A stretch of DNA of 63,168 nucleotides, the filler included. It is 5 parts of 5 records of this genome, joined end to end, with 100 filler letters (N's around TTAATTAATTAA, not from the genome) between each part and the next. Parts side by side here need not be neighbours in the genome. Positions count along the whole stretch, not along the records: positions 55,762 to 63,168 come from SRR20825006_799; 4 more parts are not named here. One strand, 5' to 3'. The translations under genes were made by a program, and so were the position numbers. The first letter of the stretch is position 1. Each line of letters begins with the position of its first letter. Below are positions 60,301 through 63,168 of this stretch, one piece after another. The notes beneath the pieces are model-generated. The model had not been told where the DNA came from and did not search any database. It saw nothing but the letters and a program-made list of their open reading frames with translations.

Positions 60301-60467
60301 TTGCCACCGCATTTGACGACGAAAATACACCTTACCTGAGTGTGCCGCACCCGGATCATGCGCCAAAATATTCCGATTATGTTCATCTCGCACGCCTGCG
60401 CGAATGGATGGGCAGCGAGGATACGGAGCAAGAGGACAGCAAAGATAATGGGGGGCGCGACGCATGA
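57333..60467 (+). CDS. addB: Double-strand break repair protein AddB
   Basis: PNRRS, AGSTG, ALVTPDR.LARRV, GLNEG.WP, DPWMSRPMR, LSVTQIE...DPY, and RADRID/IDYKTG nuclease motifs. Confidence 0.96.
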   Translation: MADLFDYMDAADHFAAPAAQPENLFYIPPGAAFADLIAKQLMAETAAEPVALPDYVLMVPNRRSAKVMRDAFLRQSNGAVTMLPTIRALGEADEDELAIYGAGGEQAALDLPPSIPDLQRKLLLTRLIMNRPDHKGDKPTADQAARLAGELARFLDQVQTENCKFDDLKGLVPAEFAEHWQLTLEFLQILTLHWPAILETHQVSDRAMRRNALIAAQIDLWRDNPPAAPVIIAGSTGPFPALRDLMKAVLAMPRGRVVLPGLMTGLGRDDWQAINEDATHPQHLLGTTLRHIGRDPGTVLIWPSVPQSYPQDEERRRLTREALRPAQTTDQWRHIANFAPEILDGVLRVDCSGAREEAATIALMMRDALEHPGKTCALVTPDRGLARRVATELRRWEIEIDDSAGIPLHDTAPAIYLRLVVRAVQEQFAPVPLLELLKHPLSAAGLPPEQFRVLARQMEQYVLRGARPGPGLDGLQVALDGWRDETIDRITASGADNAAPRIERIRDDHARLSDLISRFEDSLAPLLDLMDEKSISPVGALRSHIMAAEALAASDVQDGAERLWRGEAGEALADFVHELLQALTDFVPMPGIRYAAFLDALMADRAVRPRYGKHPRLFIWGTVEAQMQQADLTILGGLNEGVWPPEAGADPWMSRPMRRNFGLPAPEHRVGQSAHDFQQLFCAPDVVMTRALRVEGTPTVPSRWLLRIENILRKSGVSMEKPDAHAWRALADLLDEPRDDMRRKIGRPAPTPPVSARPKRLSVTQIETWMRDPYAIYARHILGLRKLDGVDEDPGAADYGNLIHDALDQFISRYPDHLPPDGEQELIMIGRAVFKPLAARPGLWAFWWPRFERIARWFIQTEAARRDHVRRSYTEQSGTLETATGFEVYARADRIDMLRDGGIAIIDYKTGMPPSQTDVANGFAPQLPLEAAIAQNGGFKDVPAGPPASMAFWKLSGGDPAGEIREIDTKRMKTTPAELARDAVAGVNALATAFDDENTPYLSVPHPDHAPKYSDYVHLARLREWMGSEDTEQEDSKDNGGRDA

Positions 60468-63168
60468 CCGAAATTCGCGGAACCGATCCCAATATCCTGC
60501 AACGCAATGCATCCGATCCGATGGCCTCGGTCTGGGTGTCGGCATCGGCTGGTGCCGGCAAGACCAAGGTTCTGTCGGATCGGGTACTGCGCCTGATGCT
60601 GTCGGGGACCGAGCCCCATCGCATCCTGTGCCTGACCTTTACCAAGGCCGCCGCGGCGGAAATGGCCAACCGCGTCAATGAACGGCTGGGTCATTGGGCA
60701 ACGATGGAAGATCGTGAACTTCAGGACGATCTTTTCAAACTGGCCGGAACGGCACCAAGCGTTGATGAAACCCGCCGTGCGCGCCGCCTGTTTGCATCGG
60801 TTCTTGATGCGCCGGGCGGGATGAAAATCCAGACGATCCACGCCTTCTGTCAGTCATTGCTGCGCCGTTTCCCGCTCGAAGCCGGGCTGGCACCGCATTT
60901 TGAAATCATGGATGACCGTACTGCGGCCGAAACCATGGCCGACGTTCAGGAAGAAGTACTGGCCTTTGCCCGAAATGGCCGGGATGACGATCTGGCTGAT
61001 GCCCTGTCGGTCGTGACCGGACAGGTCCGCGAAGGTGCCTTTGGCGAGGTCATGGGCGAATTGGCGCGTGAACGCGGCCGGTTGAAACGCATGCTGATAC
61101 GCCATGGCGGTGCGGCACGCATGCGCGATGCGGTTTATGCGGCACTTGGCGTTCCCAACGGCCAAAGCGAGGATGATATCCTGCGCAAGGCCCTATCCGA
61201 TGATGCCTTTGATCGGGATGGGCTGATGCGTGGATTAGCCGCACTTGAGGCGGGCACCAAAACCGATCAGGATCGTGTGCCCGCATTGGCCCAATTCCTT
61301 GAAAAAACCGGTATCGAGGATCGGTTGGCGGTGTTTTCAGATTATCGCGGTGTCTTCTTTACCGCCGCAGGAGAACCGCGTGCCAAACTGATCACGAAAA
61401 AAGCCGCCGAAAACCATCCGATGGGGGCCGATGCGCTGGAGGCCGAATGTGCCCGTCTGATCGAAATTGACCGTTTGCGCAAAGCCGCCGCATTGGCCGG
61501 TGCCACATCGGCCCTGATCCGTATCGGCAATGCGATGCTGGATCGTTATGCCGCGAAAAAGGCGCTGCATGCCCGCCTTGATTATGACGATCTGATCCTG
61601 ACCAGTCTGCAGTTATTGCAACAGCAGGCCGGGATTGCCGGGTGGGTTTTGTTCAAACTCGACGAAGGTCTTGATCATATCCTGATTGACGAGGCACAGG
61701 ACACCAACCCCGAACAATGGGAAGTGGTGCGTATTCTGGCAGAGGAATTCTTTGCCGGTGCCGGGCAGCATGATGAAAAGCCACGGACAATCTTTGCCGT
61801 TGGGGATGCGAAACAATCGATTTACAGCTTCCAGCGCGCCGATCCCGAAAAATTCACCCAGATGCGGGCCTATTTCCGCGAACGGGCGCGCGAAATCGAA
61901 GCCGAATGGCGCGAAGTCCCGATGAATATATCGTTTCGTTCAACCGATGCCGTGCTGGGCACGGTGGACCGGGTTTTTGCCGGGATGATCGCGAAACAGG
62001 GGGTGGGCGATGATGGTGCCGATGTCAGTCACAGTCCGTTCCGTGTCGGGCAGGCCGGTCGGATCGAATTGTGGCCGGCGGTCGAACCGCAGGAAAGAGC
62101 CGCCGAGGACCCGTGGACCCCACCAACCCGTATCGTGCGCCTTGAGGACCCGGAAATCCGCCTTGCGCGGGTAATCGCCGGGCGTATCCGCCATGCAATC
62201 GACACCCGAGAGGAACTGACATCGCGCGGACGTCCGGTGCGGGCAGGTGATTTCATGATCCTGGTGCGACGTCGGACGGCCTTTGTCGACGAGGTCGTCA
62301 AGGCGTTAAAGGAACGCAACGTTCCGGTTGCCGGTGTGGACCGTATGCAGATCACCGATCAGCTTGCCGTGATGGACCTGATCGCCTTTGGCCGGTTTCT
62401 TCTGATGCCCGAAGACGACCTGACATTGGCCGAGGTCCTCAAAAGCCCGCTGATCGGGTTTGACGATGATCAGTTGTTTGCGATTGCCCATAACCGTCCG
62501 CGCACCCTTTGGCTTGCCTTGCGCGAAAAGGCAGGCAGTGATGATGCCGATCCGGCCTTCCTTTCGGCCTATGAATTCCTGTTCAAATGGCTGGGACGTG
62601 TGGATTACGAACGTCCGTTCGAACTGTTTGCCGAACTTCTGGGTGGGCGCGGTGATGATGCGCGCGGGGTGCGCGCACGTCTGGTCGGGCGGCTCGGGAT
62701 CGAAGCAAACGACCCGATTGACGAATTCCTTAACCTTGCCATGGGCTACGAAGCCGATCATGCGCCGACCTTGCAGGGGTTTCTGCACTGGCTGATGGCA
62801 GGCGACGCCGAAATCAAGCGTGACCTTGAACAAAGCGGCCGTGACGAGGTCCGGATCATGACGGTGCATGGGGCCAAGGGCCTGCAGGCGCCCATCGTAT
62901 TCCTGCCCGATACCATGCAGGTACCAACACAGGCGCCCAACCTGTTCTGGCAGGAAGATCGCGACCTGATGTATTGGCTGCCACGTGTGGCATTGGAAAC
63001 CGATGTGGTTTCGCGTCTGCGTGATGGCATCGCGGTGAAGCGCGATCAGGAATATAACCGCCTGCTGTATGTGGCGCTGACGCGCGCCGAAGACCGGCTT
63101 TATATCTGCGGCTGGCAGGGCAAGCGCAAGGCACCCGATCATTGCTGGTACAATCTGTGTCAGCAGGC
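60464..63168 (+). CDS. addA: Double-strand break repair helicase AddA, 3'-truncated at window end (absent from the ORF track)
   Basis: Manual translation from ATG 60464 gives VSASAGAGKT, LTFTKAAAAEM, QTIHAFC, ILIDEAQDT, VGDAKQSIYSFQRA, MTVHGAKGL and LLYVALTRA. Confidence 0.96.
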   Translation, partial: MTEIRGTDPNILQRNASDPMASVWVSASAGAGKTKVLSDRVLRLMLSGTEPHRILCLTFTKAAAAEMANRVNERLGHWATMEDRELQDDLFKLAGTAPSVDETRRARRLFASVLDAPGGMKIQTIHAFCQSLLRRFPLEAGLAPHFEIMDDRTAAETMADVQEEVLAFARNGRDDDLADALSVVTGQVREGAFGEVMGELARERGRLKRMLIRHGGAARMRDAVYAALGVPNGQSEDDILRKALSDDAFDRDGLMRGLAALEAGTKTDQDRVPALAQFLEKTGIEDRLAVFSDYRGVFFTAAGEPRAKLITKKAAENHPMGADALEAECARLIEIDRLRKAAALAGATSALIRIGNAMLDRYAAKKALHARLDYDDLILTSLQLLQQQAGIAGWVLFKLDEGLDHILIDEAQDTNPEQWEVVRILAEEFFAGAGQHDEKPRTIFAVGDAKQSIYSFQRADPEKFTQMRAYFRERAREIEAEWREVPMNISFRSTDAVLGTVDRVFAGMIAKQGVGDDGADVSHSPFRVGQAGRIELWPAVEPQERAAEDPWTPPTRIVRLEDPEIRLARVIAGRIRHAIDTREELTSRGRPVRAGDFMILVRRRTAFVDEVVKALKERNVPVAGVDRMQITDQLAVMDLIAFGRFLLMPEDDLTLAEVLKSPLIGFDDDQLFAIAHNRPRTLWLALREKAGSDDADPAFLSAYEFLFKWLGRVDYERPFELFAELLGGRGDDARGVRARLVGRLGIEANDPIDEFLNLAMGYEADHAPTLQGFLHWLMAGDAEIKRDLEQSGRDEVRIMTVHGAKGLQAPIVFLPDTMQVPTQAPNLFWQEDRDLMYWLPRVALETDVVSRLRDGIAVKRDQEYNRLLYVALTRAEDRLYICGWQGKRKAPDHCWYNLCQQ

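Noticed and set aside
32136-63168. A DNA-repair supercluster ('DNA repair ATPase', recA, addAB)
   Set aside because: The three lie on different contigs from apparently different phyla, so the proximity is an artefact of concatenation.

Overview
The window is not one replicon. It is five sequence pieces joined by artificial 100-bp spacers (44 N + TTAATTAATTAA + 44 N) at 14946-15045, 29442-29541, 42078-42177 and 55662-55761, and the pieces look like different bacteria. (1) 1-14945, alphaproteobacterial: a sugar ABC ATPase with a DUF4432/SDR/CoA-transferase/enoyl-CoA hydratase/XylX-like catabolic operon, a Mo-box with modE-modABC, a membrane AraC/hydrolase pair, and an EbgR/LacR-like repressor with two operators and a lactose-type ABC transporter. 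(2) 15046-29441, Caulobacterales/Hyphomonadaceae-like: hppA, thiL, accA, a Tad pilus block with no pilin, a PLP dehydratase, galU, an SDR and pntA. (3) 29542-42077, planctomycete-like: REP-like repeats, a TPR protein, sua5, a three-gene NfeD/YqiJ-like + flotillin + 1784-aa AAA+ ATPase unit, and an MFS transporter. (4) 42178-55661, AT-rich Bacteroidota: large repeat-rich surface proteins, a TPR-AraC regulator, clpP, a T9SS cargo protein, recA and bcp. (5) 55762-63168, Rhodospirillales-like: amgK-murU-addB-addA. I saw no rRNA, tRNA, CRISPR array or transposase. The best candidates for an uncharacterised system are the flotillin/giant-ATPase operon and the CoA-dependent sugar catabolic operon. 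All family and taxon calls come from motif recognition only, not database searches.
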